From Marsupella aquatica (taxonomy: Eukaryota > Plantae > Marchantiophyta), in the NCBI GenBank assembly GCA_973895155.1, contig OZ316893.1, forward strand, positions 8,867,839 through 8,931,838: 64,000 bases of DNA. Reading direction: 5' to 3'. Shown here piece by piece: positions 45,990-60,708 of the stretch; the first letter of the stretch is position 1, and the number at the start of each line of letters is the position of its first letter. A program made the position numbers and the translations under genes. Below the pieces are notes generated by a model. It saw only the letters and a program-made list of their open reading frames with translations, did not search any database and had not been told where the DNA came from.

Positions 45990-48014
45990 ATTGCTCAAGG
46001 AATGTCGGGTCTCATGAAGTGCTGAGTGAGCGTATCGGGAACTCTAATTGGTTCTGTAGAGATGTGTTGCCCGGTTTTGTGACCCGAGATTTCAGCAACG
46101 TCCATGATCTCGTCATTAAATTCTCGCTGGGATTTCATGTTAGTCCTTAGCCCTTGCCCAATTGTACTCTCAAAGATGAGGCATATCGCTACGATAGGCA
46201 TCTGCATCATAAGGATATCGAGTTTGAAGGAGCAGAAGAACTGCTGCATTCCAACACGTCTCTGAGCTGCAGGGCTACGATCAAGCTCCGTGGAATGGAT
46301 TCGACTTGGTCTACTCAGTGGTAAGCATGGTATCGTTGTGGGCTTTGAAAGCCTTAGTTGGTTGTCAGCAACTCTGCCGCTAAATATAATTCGAAGCCAA
46401 CGACTTGGCTTGTTGGGACTGGAGTCTGCATCCTTCCTTAGATGTGGAAAAGCTCATGGAGGGTATCTTCCTCCAATCCATCAGTCGGGGGAGGAAGCTT
46501 GTAATCACCGCGAATGTGGCGCAAAGGTGACGGTGCCCTCCATATGAATTTACCCATGTATTCCGGATAATTATGAGAGTCTTGTGGCACCAATGATAGC
46601 TCCCAATAGCTTCCAAGATGCAGACTTCAATAACGTTTAGAACATAATCCGTGGCTTCCATTGCAAGCAAGATTGGTGAGATGGTCTACCAGACAAAGCA
46701 GGGAAGATTCCTTCACTTGGAAAAGGGCTTGGAGGAAACTTTATAAGTATACTCGAGCTGCCAGTTTGCTCCAATGAGGACTACGTCCTGGTTTGGCGTT
46801 CCGTTGCATGAAGGTAACCTGCCTAATGCGCTTGACATTGTTTCCGTACACTAGACCGCCGGTCTCGAGAACCTCAATCCGACCGCAATTACTATCTACA
46901 TTTTCTCTACTGCAGGAACGGGATAGCTCGTCAGTGTGTGATCCAGAGTTTCTCGGCAATGAGAATTCTGTATCTCAGAAGTTTTCAAACGCAACTTTTA
47001 GCCTTTTGACCGCGCCTACAGAATGGCTGCTACGGTTAATTTTTCTTAGAAGCCCATGATTGCTGACTCCCAGATCTAACCCCCTGGCCATTGAAGATCC
47101 ACACGGGACCATTGAGGTGATTAGTTCATTCCCTCTTAGCCTGATAACCTGCAATACGTGATGAGACTCTGTGCACACTTTCTGGTGCACTGGGATTTCG
47201 AGATTTATCTAATGAGTGGGAACTGAATACACTCTTCAGAGTTGACAGTCACAAGTATGGGAATCTTAATGAACTTTCCCAAAGTTTGAAATTACTCGGA
47301 TAAATGTCCAAACCACCTTCCCTCTTGGGCTAGGAACACAGAGCTGCATCCGCATAGTTCGCGCTTTTCATTCATGATGTCCTGATGTAAGAATTTCATG
47401 GACCATAAGTAGAAAACTCTGCCCACGCATTGAAAGCCCAACACTTCATATTCCTGTTGCTTCCGGAACAGCTTTTGCCACCTACAATTACAATTAATGC
47501 TACTTTTTCAGATGCCAAACTGCAAATGGTCCGAGGTTCCACAAATTGGATTTCGGAAGTTCGGAATCAACGTGGAGGTAAGAAGAATTGACGAGGGTAG
47601 ACTTTCATATTTCAAGCCAAGACCTGACTTCCCTCCAGAGAGCAATGGTCTGTGCGGTCGGTGCGGGGACTTAATACTGCTGTTATGTGGAAATTGGAGG
47701 TACGAGCGAAGGCAACGACATCATGACATCAGTTTGCTGGGAATCATGTAATGGAAGACAAGACAACGTTGAGCTCTGGATTCCTTGCACGAATGTCACT
47801 TACAGCGGTGACCAAAACGAAGTTGGATTTCGGGATTTGAAAAGTTACGATTATCGACTGTAGTATACCGTGGGTTTCCCAAAAAGAGGGGAATGGAAGT
47901 CCCCAAGTTTAGAATGCCACGTTTTCCTTTTAGCGCTAAAGCCATTGCACCACAGAATATGACGGAGAGACCCCCATTCCCGGTATTGGTAATAAGCGCA
48001 ATAATCGATCCCAT
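45990..48014 (-). pseudogene. Degenerate unidentified gene, possibly a membrane protein
   Basis: Chain of short minus-strand ORF pieces with hydrophobic stretches. The 3' part is homologous to 2440-2830 and 33870-34250. Confidence 0.3.
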
Positions 48015-48438
48015 TCATCTACTTTAAACAACGGAACTCAGACAGCCAAGAGATGTCTCGTCAGACTGGATAAACCAGATCAGAAACTCTAGTCCGAACT
48101 CTAGCTCTCATCACAGTTCTCAACAAGGAAGCCCTCAGCACCCAGGATAAAATCAGTCAACAGCAAGTGAACAAGTCATGCAACCAAGGCCAACATAGAG
48201 AAGAAGCAGACAAGTAACCACAGCATAGTGTCGCCATGCCTAAGCCACATTGTAAGCCTGCCCTCCATGCTCAGAGCGAACCCTGTCGGCTTGGTTCCAT
48301 CACAGTTTTCCTGCTGACTACGTGTGTCATACGGCACTTCCTATCTAGGTTATTTGTCATCAACGGGCTTCGTGTAGCCTCAAAATGCAACGCATTCACT
48401 CTAGGGGGGGCCGTGTGAAAAGATATGATATTCAGAGC

Positions 48439-49032
48439 AGAAAGCTTACAGGTGTGACAGAAAGGGGTAAGGAAGAAGATTAGAGCGACAGACAGACTAA
48501 GGATTTTCAACCTATGATGTGACTTTGGTGGAAACTTTTTGACTGTAATCACCCTATTTGGCACCACAGGCAATTGCCAAATGCTGCACCAGTGGCTTCC
48601 TATCGAGAAGTGAAAATTATCTTTTCTGCCAACCCTGGACGGCTTAAGGTCCGAGGTAAATCTACCCATTCCGTGGCAGGTTGGCAAAGATCAAGATATC
48701 AATAAGGGCCTCAGCTAACCGCATCATTTATCCGCAAGGTTATATCTCAGACGGTAATTCCAATTAAATCACTCTTCATTGGCCAACATAGTCAAACAAA
48801 TGAGCAGATACGGCGAACCCTAATCTTCGAGCTCAACTACACAACGCTGGTGTGGCAAGACAATGCGAAGGCATCAGTTCTCCAAGATGAAGAAGGCTAA
48901 CAATCATCACCGATTTCAGTTGCAAATTACCCATAATAAACCTTTCTCATCATCTACCTTCGACTAAGAAAGCACTCAGAATGACTCGGAGGTTCTTTTC
49001 ATCACAAACCTAGGCCTCGAGACGACAAAGGT
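48439..49032. repeat. Segmental duplicate of 34414-35024
   Basis: Colinear alignment with 34414-35024. Confidence 0.9.
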
Positions 49033-51116
49033 TTATCCTCAACATGCTCACTAGACACTACAAACGAGCTGGGACCGAAAACACACAGCAGAAAGCAAGA
49101 GCTCAAGGGAAAACCCACACCGAGCACTGGCCGCATCACACTCGAAACATCCAGATGTCAGGAAATCTACCATCTGCACTGTTTCCCTTAGGACAGAGCC
49201 GGAAGTGATCTCAGACTCTCAGGACGTTCGGAAATCCAGCCCCAACCTGAACAACAACGGAGGGAACCAAGACAGACATGGTAACAAAACACAAACATAT
49301 TGCTCTCATCTGAAACAACCCAACAAATCGTCCTGCAACGCCAAATCCTGTATGCCAGAGAAACCTGCTCGTCCTTCAGTTCCTGTGAGCTTGGCAGCCA
49401 CCTAGACAACGCCGGCTGCGAAGAGAAGCACCTGAGAACCACAAAGAATTAAAGCAGCGGAATCTGGAAAAAATGGAGAACGCAGGATTCAAAAGCCACC
49501 GATAATGAATTGTGACCCATCAGCAACAGCAGAGACCAGACGACGTTTCTCCCATGGAGATAGATCATTCTCCAAGCAACGATCCACCCGCACAGAAAAA
49601 CTGAGAATTGCTCTGGGATTCCCTACAGGGCACACACCATCTCCATGGGATCATGGGAAGTTTATATATGAAACGCAGGGGAGCATTGAAAGTGAGTATA
49701 CCGCGGCGCTCAAGGGTATACTCAGTGATTAGGGCTTAGGGTTTAGTAGCGTTTCTGCTTCGGCCCTTGCGACCGGAGCAGGTATGGCATATGTACCCAA
49801 GTACAGTAGGACTTCGAGAGGGTTCATGTGAACGTTCTTAGGAAGATTTACCCCCACTCCCAGCTCCAGAAATCCAAGCTTATGTGAATGCCTTTTTCAC
49901 TCTGGGGTCTTGGGTCTCACAATATGGAGATGTCCACTATGTAAAAGTTTACATATTCCCAAAGTCTTAGGGCCATCCCATCATCATTGTTCCTAGATTG
50001 CCTAGTTTTGTGTTTTTAAGGGCATTGAAATTTCTCAAGATAATTTTGTTTGGAATAGACCTAAGTCAACCAGAGAACTCCAGTTTTGCATGGGGCTTAT
50101 CAGGAGCTTCAAAATGAATCCAAATATGTTTGGACTAGTACTAGTGCAACAATCATGCCTATTTAAAGTTTTGACATTTTCTATAGTGTAGCCATTGTTT
50201 TTCATTTTGCATCTGGTGTAGAGCCTCCGGCCAGTGTCCCACCCATCAGGATGCCTACACCTTGACCTCCAATTCTTGGATCCCCTCAATGGCTCTAATA
50301 TCACCCTGGGACCAAATTTCCCTCTCAACTCCAGTTCCCGGTTGCAGCATCGACTTGATATATATAACAAAAAAATCAAAAAAATCTAGTCACTTTCAAC
50401 ACACCGCTTTGTTTTTCAACTAATATGCACAATTATAAGTTGGTACCGAGTTACCACTGGGTTTTTTGTAAACGGTGACCCCGTCACATGTGGGGACACA
50501 TCATAACTGGAGAATGCACTGCATAAGCACAATTCAATGAAGGACCTCCTATTGAGGCATTGGTTGTCTATGTCAGATTTGGCACAGACATGGCTAGAAA
50601 GACAATAGGCAGCCCTGACTGTGGTCAACACACAGTAGCCACCGGAAGTATCTGTATCCCATGAGCTGGGAGCGCTCAAAAGTGTGAGCAAGAGCGTGCC
50701 CCAACTATGAGAGGCAGCGACTAAAAATACTCCCCTTATGTATTCTCATCATGTGCGGGTTGGAGAACATTGCAAACTCTAGGGCCATAAACTAAGAGAG
50801 TCTAGGAGGACCTGCAGCCCATAATTGTGAGGATTGTTAGACAGCCATGGCAGCCTAACAATAGAGCCTCCAAATAGGCCCCCTAATGGACTGGAAAGGG
50901 GCAAAAGACGGAGCAACTCAATAGAGCCACTACTTGGACATGGTAGGGCCCCGGGTAGGGCGGAGGCAGACGATGATCCAATATGTACCCTAGCTAGCCT
51001 CTTACCCAATCAGAAGCCACCAGGGTCAAGAGTTGTTGGTTAAGGGAACTTGTGTACAAAAGGGATCAAATAAAATAGTTTGGAGTGAAGAATACTAAAT
51101 AATCTGTCCGTTGTCT

Positions 51117-51224
51117 ATCCCCTTTTGAATTTTAATCCATCCTTCGACCTGGTGCATATAGAATGGCCTCATCCCCTTTTGAATTTTGATCCATCCTTAG
51201 ACCTGGTGCATATAGAATGGCCTC
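51117..51224. repeat. 54-bp tandem duplication
   Basis: atccccttttgaattttRatccatccttMgacctggtgcatatagaatggcctc x2. Confidence 0.85.
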
Positions 51225-51496
51225 CTTTACAATAGTCTCACCTTTGGTCAGATAGCACATCAGATACCTTGAGGTGTAGAGTCAATTTTGAGCATAATGA
51301 GAAAAGATCAGGTTTTTAAGCCACTCAGGAATATCCTTAAAAACAAGAAAATTAATTTTTCCTTCATAGGTTTCAGTGTGTTATAGATTGCATAGCATTG
51401 CAGGTGATGGGGGGTTTCCATACAATGAGACCCCTAGGGTCTGTTGTCCATCGTCTTTGGCTTCTAGTCTAAGAGAAACCTGGTAGCGGTACACCC

Positions 51497-51668
51497 ATCA
51501 AGGGCCTCAATCCAAGGGGTGTCCCATATTACGCGCAAAATTTTGGGGGAATAAACACCCTAAAACTTAAGTCAATAAAGGTTTTTTAAAGAATTTTTCC
51601 CCTAATTTAATGGAATAGTCATGGAATATTCTCAAATTTGGCTTTAAAAAACCCTTTGATTCTTATAA
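51497..51668 (-). mobile_element. Partial second copy of the 895-1177 MITE family (inverted)
   Basis: atcaagggcctcaat...aaggggtgtcccatattacgc...ttaagtcaataaag aligns with the reverse complement of about 1000-1177. The other end is missing. Confidence 0.75.
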
Positions 51669-53950
51669 TTATTGAATTGAAAGTTTACATGGTATTATGC
51701 CCAGTAGTATGCATGATAATATTGTCATCCCAACACTACACCTTGCCCCAAATGTTGTGGCAGGTGTTGTGTCTAGAAACTTGTGCCTAATCTTTAGGTT
51801 GGTAGAAAGAGTTTTCTTGATTTTAGCACTTAATATTGTAGGTAAACCCCATTTTACTTGAATGAAAGTGACAAGGAACCCACCGGGGAACCAACAGTGC
51901 AACAGTTTTCCCCCAAACTTAAAGAATATTTGATTTTTGCAACCGTGCCTTTGCTAACCGGCCTCCTAGACTGGAGTACATAGAATGAACCTCTTATTTT
52001 GTGGGTATGATTCCCCTAGGTTTCCTGGGCAGGTCCTAGCCAAAGGTTCTGGGATCAATTGCAGTTTGACACAAATGACCTGCAGCTATGCTTGGTCACT
52101 CTATCAAGATTGCTCTTGTTAAAATTGGTGCCCTGATCTTTAGATACTTTGGAGCAATTATTGGCTTCTGTTTGACAGGGCTGCAGCTCAAAATTGCTAC
52201 CTTTGGCAACTTCTTCACAAAATCTCAACCACACAACATTGGAGGAACCCCCACCTTTCCATGTGCAACAAATAATCTTGGTGTACTCGGTGCAAATCTA
52301 CAACAACACAAATTGCATTTGGAACTACTTGGTCTCAGCTGGTTTAAAACTAGGTTCAGTACACTGTTTGGCGTCATCAGCTCATCCTGATACTACATCT
52401 CCAACCAACCCACATCTTCGTTGTGGTAGGCATTCATTCTTGGTCTAGGGTTACACTATAACTGTAATTAGGGCTTACCTTAGTCGTAGACTAGTTTAGG
52501 TTAACTAGGCTAGCTGCACACTATATCCCAAGATGTGTTTGTTTGGATAGTAGGAAGTCAGGCTCATTGTTACAGAGCTAGTTGAGAGATATGAAGATCT
52601 TTTATTGCAAAGACTTGATATGGCTGACGGACCTGAAGTGGAGTACAACTCTCGTGTGTTCCCGTGGATGTAGCCTCAATGAAGCTAAGGTGAACCATGC
52701 ACGTATCTCTCTGTTTCAACTACTTCATTGTACATTGAATGGTTCAGGGGCTTGTCATTGTCATTGTCGTCTATGCTCAACACCTCACTGAACCCCTACT
52801 TGAGGATCCGTGGGATGTTCCTAGGAAGTTGTGGCACACCCCACTGGCGATTGTCTACTGTCTAGAATATTTGGAATGACCATATGCTCTCACTTCATTG
52901 AGTTCACTAGTATCCTCATAGTGTCATTCAGAAATAGTGCACCAACTCTGGGTTTATCTTAGAAAGGATTGTGACACCGTCTAAGGGTTTATCTTAGAAA
53001 GGATTGGGCCAAGCAGTGTGCTATGATTCAGGTTGGGAAGTCACCTGTCCAACAACAAAGGCTTATCTCAACATGAGTCTCAATATGAGTTTTGATTACG
53101 GTGCGTACTCATGTCTTTGGGCAGTCCTAGTGGACAGATTGCAAGTACCACCAATCCCACACGAGGGGGGGGGGGGGGGGGCGGGATGGTGGTGGTGGTG
53201 AGGGGGGTGGTCACTTCCACAAATGTTAACATCATGTGAAAATGAAGTAAGGGGTGTTTTATTCATTTTAGGGACGTACTTAGAACAGGACTTAGAAGTA
53301 GCGAGGAAGTAAGTAAGGGGGTAACAATTCAGAAAGTGCCACTTGTCATCACATGATTCATTGCTTGCCACATGTCAATAAATGATTCATTGGTGTGTTT
53401 TTTGAGCTTCCTATTCCTTTTTGAGAGAGTGGTTAAATAGGAGTGTTCACACATGGTATACAATTATTCAATAACTAAGGTGAACCCCTTGAGATCCCAC
53501 GCCCTCAGCCATTAAGTGTGTTTGTCTCACTGGATTAGCTCATGCCTCATTGCAACCCTGACCGACAGTAAAGTATGTATGTCTATCATGGGACAACTCA
53601 ATGGAACCTTGCCATTACCTGAGCACTGGCCAGTTATGAGGAGTGTGCTTCTCATGCCTGCAAGAGTTAAATTCCTTGTTTTGTTATCTTCCTTGTGGAA
53701 GGCCTAGTCTGTCCTGGTGTGGGGCCCTGGTTTAGATTTGCACTTCCCACCTCTGGTCCCCCCTGGTGCTACCCGTTGGGCCACCCTGTTGTATTGTGTC
53801 TTTTGGATGGAATTCAAATGATCTTTCATGGAAAAAAATAATTAGAGGGCTCTTTTTGGCAATATATGCCAATTGGTAGGTTTGCCTACTTAGTCTGGGC
53901 TTTATGGGCTCTCTTTGATGCTCGCGGGTTTGAATTCTTTACTCAGCATT

Positions 53951-54024
53951 TTTGGATCGCATCCGAGACTGATAGATTATTATTTTCTTTGGATCGCATC
54001 CGAGACTGATAGATTATTATTTTT
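53951..54024. repeat. 37-bp tandem duplication
   Basis: tttggatcgcatccgagactgatagattattatttt x2. Confidence 0.9.
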
Positions 54025-57013
54025 CACTGCAAGCATGAGGAGATTTACAAGAATACAATAGATTGCGCTGGATCGATCTCCCTTGCGGCAATTCATTTTT
54101 GTCCACCAGACCAGATATATACCTGGTTCTCTTGCAACTCTTGGAACTGTCTAGTACCTCAGAGGTTGTATATGTTGGTGGGGCACGTTCTACCAGATGG
54201 ACCTGGACAGGTACTACACAGTTTTAAGTACGTACGTGGATCGATCGAGCATGCAGGTTCTCTTTTCTCTGTTGGCCACCTCAATTTATTGGAGGCTTAG
54301 TTTAGTGAGCAATCATTGACATAATTTCGGGCACAATTTGCTCGAGTGGTAATCTGATTGTAATTGGAATCTTTAGTCAGCTCGATCTACCGAGATTTAC
54401 GTTTCCTGCAGTATATCATAATTTTAATTATACATAGGCTGCACGTCTCAACGTTGCTTCAACTGTGAGGTGTTTCTGAAAGGTTCGGGAACATATGTTC
54501 GGGCTAATGATTATCCACCCACTTTCAATCCATAAATCCAGCATTCCAAATAGTTGGTAGGAGACAAAGGCATGGCCCTGGGTGATCGAGTTCCACCACC
54601 GTATCATCGCGCTGTGGGTCGTCGCTACGCTTTGATCGCGGATTTGGAATCGAAAGAGCTTGCAGCCAAGGAATTCACCGTAGTTTGCTGATGAATGTTC
54701 CCAATCCAAAAGGCTGCAGGGCTTTGTAAGACCTAGAAGCTCGGACATAAGGAATCGGACCCAGTCATAAGCTACCATAGGCTTAGAAACCGAGAAAAAC
54801 TGCTAGCCCTTGAAAGATTTGATGTAAGTCTCACTCAATCGTAATGCTGCCCACCTCTTGTTTTTTTTCTTCTTTTTTATAATCGACCCAGGGTACAGTG
54901 GGCTTCTCGGGAAGTGGGTTCTCACGGATAAGCTGGCCACTTTGATTTGTACTGGCTGATATAATACCGAAACGGCAGCCCCGGCATGCCACCAAACTGA
55001 ATCTGACAAAATTTACAGCTGCTCATATCAACGAGACTGCAGGCCTATTACTAACGAGTAATCTTCGAATGTTTTAATATCCTCACATGATTTATTTCTA
55101 CATCCCCACACTGAGGATTGTCAGGGCCGGCTTGCTATCGAAAGCTCTGTCTGCGATTGACGCTTCAGTTACAGTTCGAGAGATAAGAAACTATGCTGCA
55201 ATCAAACAGTCGACAAATCCAGTCCTAACGTCGTAACTGCAGTTGACAAGCTATGGAAACTGTGACGTGAAATCGAACCTTCAAATGGATTGAATAAATA
55301 GAAAATCAAACTTCCGACAGAAATCGACATGGCTTTGTATTTCAGTCTCGTTGATCTTTCTCGTACTCTTTCCTTGAAGCTTGTAAATCTTTCGCCTGAT
55401 CCGTAAGCTTGAAGGGTCACTCGCATGCATACAGCCTAGCTTACTCGAAACTCGAAAGCGCCTTCCTTCGCAAGACACTGGCAGGTACAATTTGGTTATG
55501 ATAAATTTAATTTAGAGTTCAGAGAGACAAAATTAGTTTGCCTTCAAAATCCAACTTGATAAAAGATCAGCGTGGTTGGGATCCTCAAAACTCGCTGGAG
55601 AGGTAATAATTGAATTCTATGTCCCTCTCCAGCGAGTTATGGGGATCCCTTCAATTGATCAATTCCCTTCTGTCCACAAAGCTTGTACATCACTTTGCCT
55701 GGCAGGATGCAGCGTACTACTAGTTTGTGTTTGGATGCTTGTCGATTTTTCCCTCCTCACAGTGTCTATCATCCATTTCACAAGTTAGCTTGCCTCTTGG
55801 CCCCGTCTAGTTTGGATCTGACATCGTTTACCACTGTTTATCTTTTGACCTTGTCTCGATCTGCTGCACGATGTGGCAGCCATTAAATCCTGAGAAGCGT
55901 GCTTACATTCAACAAATTCCATGGTTGGTCCGCTCCTACCGTAGATAATTAGCGACCATGATCGAAATCAGCATAGAGAGCCAAAAGTGTAGATACCAGC
56001 AGCCTCATCGAGTGCCGATCTTCCTCAATAACACATTGTTTTAAAAATGAGAAATCTAAATTAGGCGAATATTATATATATGCCTGATTCCCTGGCAGGA
56101 ATAAAATACAAATAATATGTTGCGCCAGGTCCTGGGCGAACGGTACTAAAGGGAATCTTCAATGCATTTGGTTCTAGTCGAATGCACGCATTCAATTCTT
56201 TTGTTTGTTATCCAAGGAGCAGACAACGTAATTAGAACAGGTATAAAAACAAACTAAACACAAATTAACAGCTATAAAGTCAATCTTAACATGGACCTCC
56301 TAGTGTCACAGTGGTCTAGCTACAGTTGAGCCACATATGAAGACAGTGAACTTTTCACACGACTGAGCTTTATCTAGTCCCTGCCCCTGGCATTCAGAGG
56401 ATCATACTTTGCTAGATGTGTGAGAAATCTTGCCACGCTCATCATCGACATGTTGTTCCCAGGTACAGGCAAGACAGAACGTAACCGGACCGAAGACAGT
56501 GTTTGAAATGTTTGTACTCCGTTCGATGATCGGTCTGTTCAGTCTCAGGGCCTCGTAGTCCCAAATACGTTTGACGATTCGCATACTCACTCCCTCTCTT
56601 CCCTGCTCAAAAGATATCGTTCTGTGATCCCCGTTTCGTTCCGGATTGGTTGTCCATGTGATGGTTACCTATGATTGTTTGGGATTGATCGGCGACGAAA
56701 CTACAAACCAGTTTATTCAGTTAGCTGTCGGTAGTGTCGCTGTGCATGAATGAATTGCGGGGAATGAATTGCAGTTTGCAGTACGTGTGCGCATTACCTA
56801 CTTCCAGCTACATCGATCAGGATCGTTCGCCGCACGTCTATGAGTTGATGGTAATGTCCGGGATAACTAGGAAGGAAGAAGGGAGGGAACTCTCGTAGAT
56901 GATGGTGTTTCTTGAAAGGTCTTACAGAGGGTATCGATGTCTAATGTTCCAAACATACATTCTTGGTTTCAATTTTATTAGGAAGAATTAATGTGCAGTC
57001 TGCGTACAGCGTG

Positions 57014-58486
57014 ATGGAGAACTCCGAAAATAGTCCAGTGAGTGAAAAATTTGGGAGAGCAATGACGAAGGGCATTATTGGCACGAAAGTATCTCCGATG
57101 CTCTTCTTCTGGACATGTCTCTTAACGGCGGTGTTTATCGTGCTGGTCTGCCCCATTCTCGACCCATTCAGCCGTGTGTACATGGCGAGGTTCAATGGTC
57201 TGTCGGTGGCCGGAGATATCTGTAGCGGCAAGACAGTCTACATCTACGATCTGCCGCCGGAGTTCAACGTGGATCTTTTCAGTCCGAGCAGATGCAATAA
57301 CGGTCTAATATATTGGATGGATCTCTGCCCCCGTTTTGAAAACGGTGGTTATGGATTGAAACTTTGGGATGATTCGGAACCCCAGTGGATTGCTCAGGAC
57401 GGTGGATTCGATCGATCGAGCTGGTACGATACCGATTCTTACATGCTGGAGGTCATTTTCCACAGGCGGATGAAAGAATATCACTGTCTCACAGAAGATC
57501 CGGCTGTGGCTGATGCGTTCTTTATCCCCTACTACACAGGCCTCAATGCGCTGGTCCATTTGTATCCCAACGAAACAGATGAGATTGGTCTTGCTCGCCA
57601 AATGAGGGAGAGGCAGAACTTCGGCACTGAGCTGGTAAATTGGCTCGAGAAGAACGGGGGCGAGAAGTGGAGAAGATTTGGTGGTAGAGACCATTTCCTC
57701 ATCTTGGGAAGGACAACGTGGGATTTCCAATTCCAAGAGATCTGGGGCACGGGCTTTTCAGAGTTGCCTCAAGTGGGCAACTTGACACGTCTCCTGATCG
57801 AGAGAGATAATGAGGCTCCGACTGAGCAAGGAATTCCTTACCCGACTTCCTTCCACCCATCGTCTCCTGCGAGGCTATCAAGTTGGATTGACGGTGTAAA
57901 GAACGCGAAACGGAAGTTTCTCTTCTCATATGTGGGTGCTCCTCGCCCTGATATCTGGACCGTAAGAGGAATTCTCGGCACTCAGTGCGTCAATGCCGGT
58001 GAGGAGGTTTGCAAGCTTGTCAACTGCAGCATTATCAGGTGTAGCCATGACCCCGTGTCCATATACAAGGCGTTTTTGCAATCGCATTTCTGCTTGCAGC
58101 CCAGAGGTGATAGCACTACGAGGCGCTCGACATTTGATTGTCTCATCTCCGGAGCGATACCCGTGTTTTTCCATCTCGATTCGGCGTATACTCAGTACTC
58201 ATGGCATCTGCCTAGAGATCCCAAAAGTTATTCCGTCTTCATATCTGAAGACGACCTCGCCAACAAAAGTGTATCAATTCAGGACGTGCTGATGAGTTAT
58301 TCTTCAGAACAAATCACGGAAATGAGGAAAACAATTGTGTCGCTTATTCCAAGCCTGATCTACAACAACTACGCAAATGACCCTCTGAGCTCCAACAAGG
58401 ATGCGTTCGAAGTGAGTATAGCGAGTGTTCTCCAGAAAATAGCCACTGTAAAGAAGGACTTCTCTCAAGCCACAACATTTCGATAG
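57014..58486 (+). CDS. Exostosin-family GT47 clade A glycosyltransferase (MUR3/KAM1/XLT2-like xyloglucan side-chain transferase), intronless, 490 aa
   Basis: Type II TM anchor; C.GK.VYIYDLPPEFN; WYDTD.YMLEVIFH.RM; FFIPYY; GGRDHF..LGR.TWDF; IPYPT.FHP; FCLQPRGDS.TRRSTFD; YTQY.WHLP. First ATG at 57014. Confidence 0.93.
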   Translation: MENSENSPVSEKFGRAMTKGIIGTKVSPMLFFWTCLLTAVFIVLVCPILDPFSRVYMARFNGLSVAGDICSGKTVYIYDLPPEFNVDLFSPSRCNNGLIYWMDLCPRFENGGYGLKLWDDSEPQWIAQDGGFDRSSWYDTDSYMLEVIFHRRMKEYHCLTEDPAVADAFFIPYYTGLNALVHLYPNETDEIGLARQMRERQNFGTELVNWLEKNGGEKWRRFGGRDHFLILGRTTWDFQFQEIWGTGFSELPQVGNLTRLLIERDNEAPTEQGIPYPTSFHPSSPARLSSWIDGVKNAKRKFLFSYVGAPRPDIWTVRGILGTQCVNAGEEVCKLVNCSIIRCSHDPVSIYKAFLQSHFCLQPRGDSTTRRSTFDCLISGAIPVFFHLDSAYTQYSWHLPRDPKSYSVFISEDDLANKSVSIQDVLMSYSSEQITEMRKTIVSLIPSLIYNNYANDPLSSNKDAFEVSIASVLQKIATVKKDFSQATTFR

Positions 58487-60558
58487 TATCGATCGAGCTA
58501 TTTGAACCACAATTTGAAGCTGTAGCTGAACGGTTGAAAACTTTGATTGTAAACCTATGGCGTTCCAATTTTGGAATCTTTGTGAGCTCGGTTCCTTATT
58601 GAAGAACTCCAACAAGACGTAAAAATCAAAACTTCTGTAGATTAGTTTCACATCAATTGCCTATCAGATTCCCGATTCAATATAGAGTAGGAGACTCAAC
58701 CTGCTGAAAAACAGTGGCATATATAGTCAGAGAGGTTTCGAGCTTGGTGCTAGAATTATAGTGCGAAACTGGTCTTAGAGAGCACACTTCATTACATTAC
58801 GGTAGAGTAGCACATTCTATAGCGGCCTCGAACAGGTTGCTAGCTTGACAAGGTTTGTTCAGAAATCCTATGAGAAAGCAGTTACATCTGAGAAGACAAA
58901 ATTAGGCATATACACCTACCAGCAGCATGCACAACCCCGGAAATTAAAGGCAGGCAAACACACTTAGCTAGGTGATCTTATATGCCTGCTCCAAAAAGAT
59001 GCAACCATAGAAATTACGAAACGCTAATTACGTTGAGAGTGAATGTAGATTCAGGGAAACCTGGCGTTTCCTTCAAGCACCAGTTTGATGTAAAATTGTC
59101 GTGGATATATCTGTACAGCACATTCCTTCGTACCCCGGTTGAGCTCAAGTAGCTAGGAAACCTCAAATCATATTAGTCCCGCGCTTGTTCTCCACTCATA
59201 TGTGACATAATTTTAGTTAACTTTGTTCGTTCTTTATGATCCTCGGTGCTGGTTGGTAATTTACATTTTTACCAGAAGATGGGTTTCGTGACAAGCTGTT
59301 CCAAACCAAGAGGAACTAATGAAAGACAGAGTCCCCTAGCTAGTCGTTAGGTCAGGACTTCGCAATCTAGACTATAATGCCTAATAGTGTGAACAGTCGG
59401 CAGACGGAGAGATGTCGACCCGACGAGTAGCACCTCGATTATATGAAAAACTTGGTCATGAATCAAATTAACGAAAAACTTCTCATCGTCAGAGTTTCTA
59501 GCTGCGTGGAACTTCATTTTCAGTGCTGGACCAAAGAAACGGTAGACTTCCCGCTATTTACTACAATTGTTCTGGACCAGTCTCACGTAAGGAGACGATT
59601 TCGATCCAAATTTTCAGAAATGTGATACCTCCGCTGGATTCGAATTGGAAACACCGATGCATGGCATCATTCTCCTGGTGGGGCCTAGTTGTGAGGAATT
59701 TGGAGAGCTACGTAAGATTTTGAGGGACCACAGATTTCTACGGTTTCGGTCGATGATGGGACCAAGTCCAAACATTTGTACCGTAGTACGGTATTGCATC
59801 GAACTCATCCCAACCAACAACACCGTCATTGTCGACTGTCCTTCCGTTTCGCAGCAGCAACCGAAAAACGATGAAAATTTAATCGCCGGACTCACTGCCC
59901 GTATCTCTCCTGTCGACTGCCGTCAAGAGCACGCATATGGGCCATCTGTTCAACCTCACCAGTTTGGAATCTCATCCTTCGAACACCAAACTCCGAATTT
60001 ACTGTCATTTCCTCGATCAACCCCTAGCCTCATCTCATCTGCACCGATGACAGATGGTGAAGAACCGAATGTAGAGTACGTGGGAGGACCACGAGAGTAC
60101 TTGCAGTACTTATCACAAGCATCAATAAAGACCAGCAGAAAAGACCGATGAGCGAATGCGCCGCCGCAGACTTCGTAGCTACTGTTAGCTCCTGTAGTCC
60201 CGTCCCTGCTCTAATTTCATTAATCGTGAACAGATGCAACACGTCGCAACCTTTCACGGGCCGGATTAACAGAATGTGGGCTTCGATCCACGAAACAGTC
60301 TCAGATTCAGAAAAGTAGAAGTGTCCACATAGCAGTACTCCATAACAACTTCACTGGACTTGAACCTGTCACTCACTGTACTACAGTGCAGTCCCCTTCG
60401 ACAAAAGCTTAAATGAGAAATGGATCGAAGATTGAAAATTGAAAATGATGCGCCATTAGGACTTCTCAAAGCTGCAAATGCGGTGTACCTTGACTTAGTC
60501 CATAGCCAGGGTAGATTCAAGACTACCCCAGAAAAAAGTTATGGACCATGAAAAAAGA

Positions 60559-60708
60559 TTGCCATAAAGATTATTGGTCACATTTCATAACTTTAAGTCA
60601 CTAGAGGCTAGTGAAAAGAAAACCTGTGAATCTATAACTTTTTGCCATAAAGATGACTGGTCATATTCCTTAACTTTAAGTCACTAGAGGATAGTGAAAA
60701 GAAAACCT
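60559..60708. repeat. About 82-bp-period local duplication
   Basis: ttgccataaagat...taactttaagtcactagagg.tagtgaaaagaaaa x2. Confidence 0.8.

Noticed and set aside
52190-52340. Possible BED zinc-finger relic on the minus strand (KCNLC...F...PRL..H)
   Set aside because: Too short and degenerate; no accompanying transposase sequence seen.
59645-60151. 168-aa ORF
   Set aside because: Non-ATG start and no domain or splice support that I can recognise; a real exon cannot be excluded.
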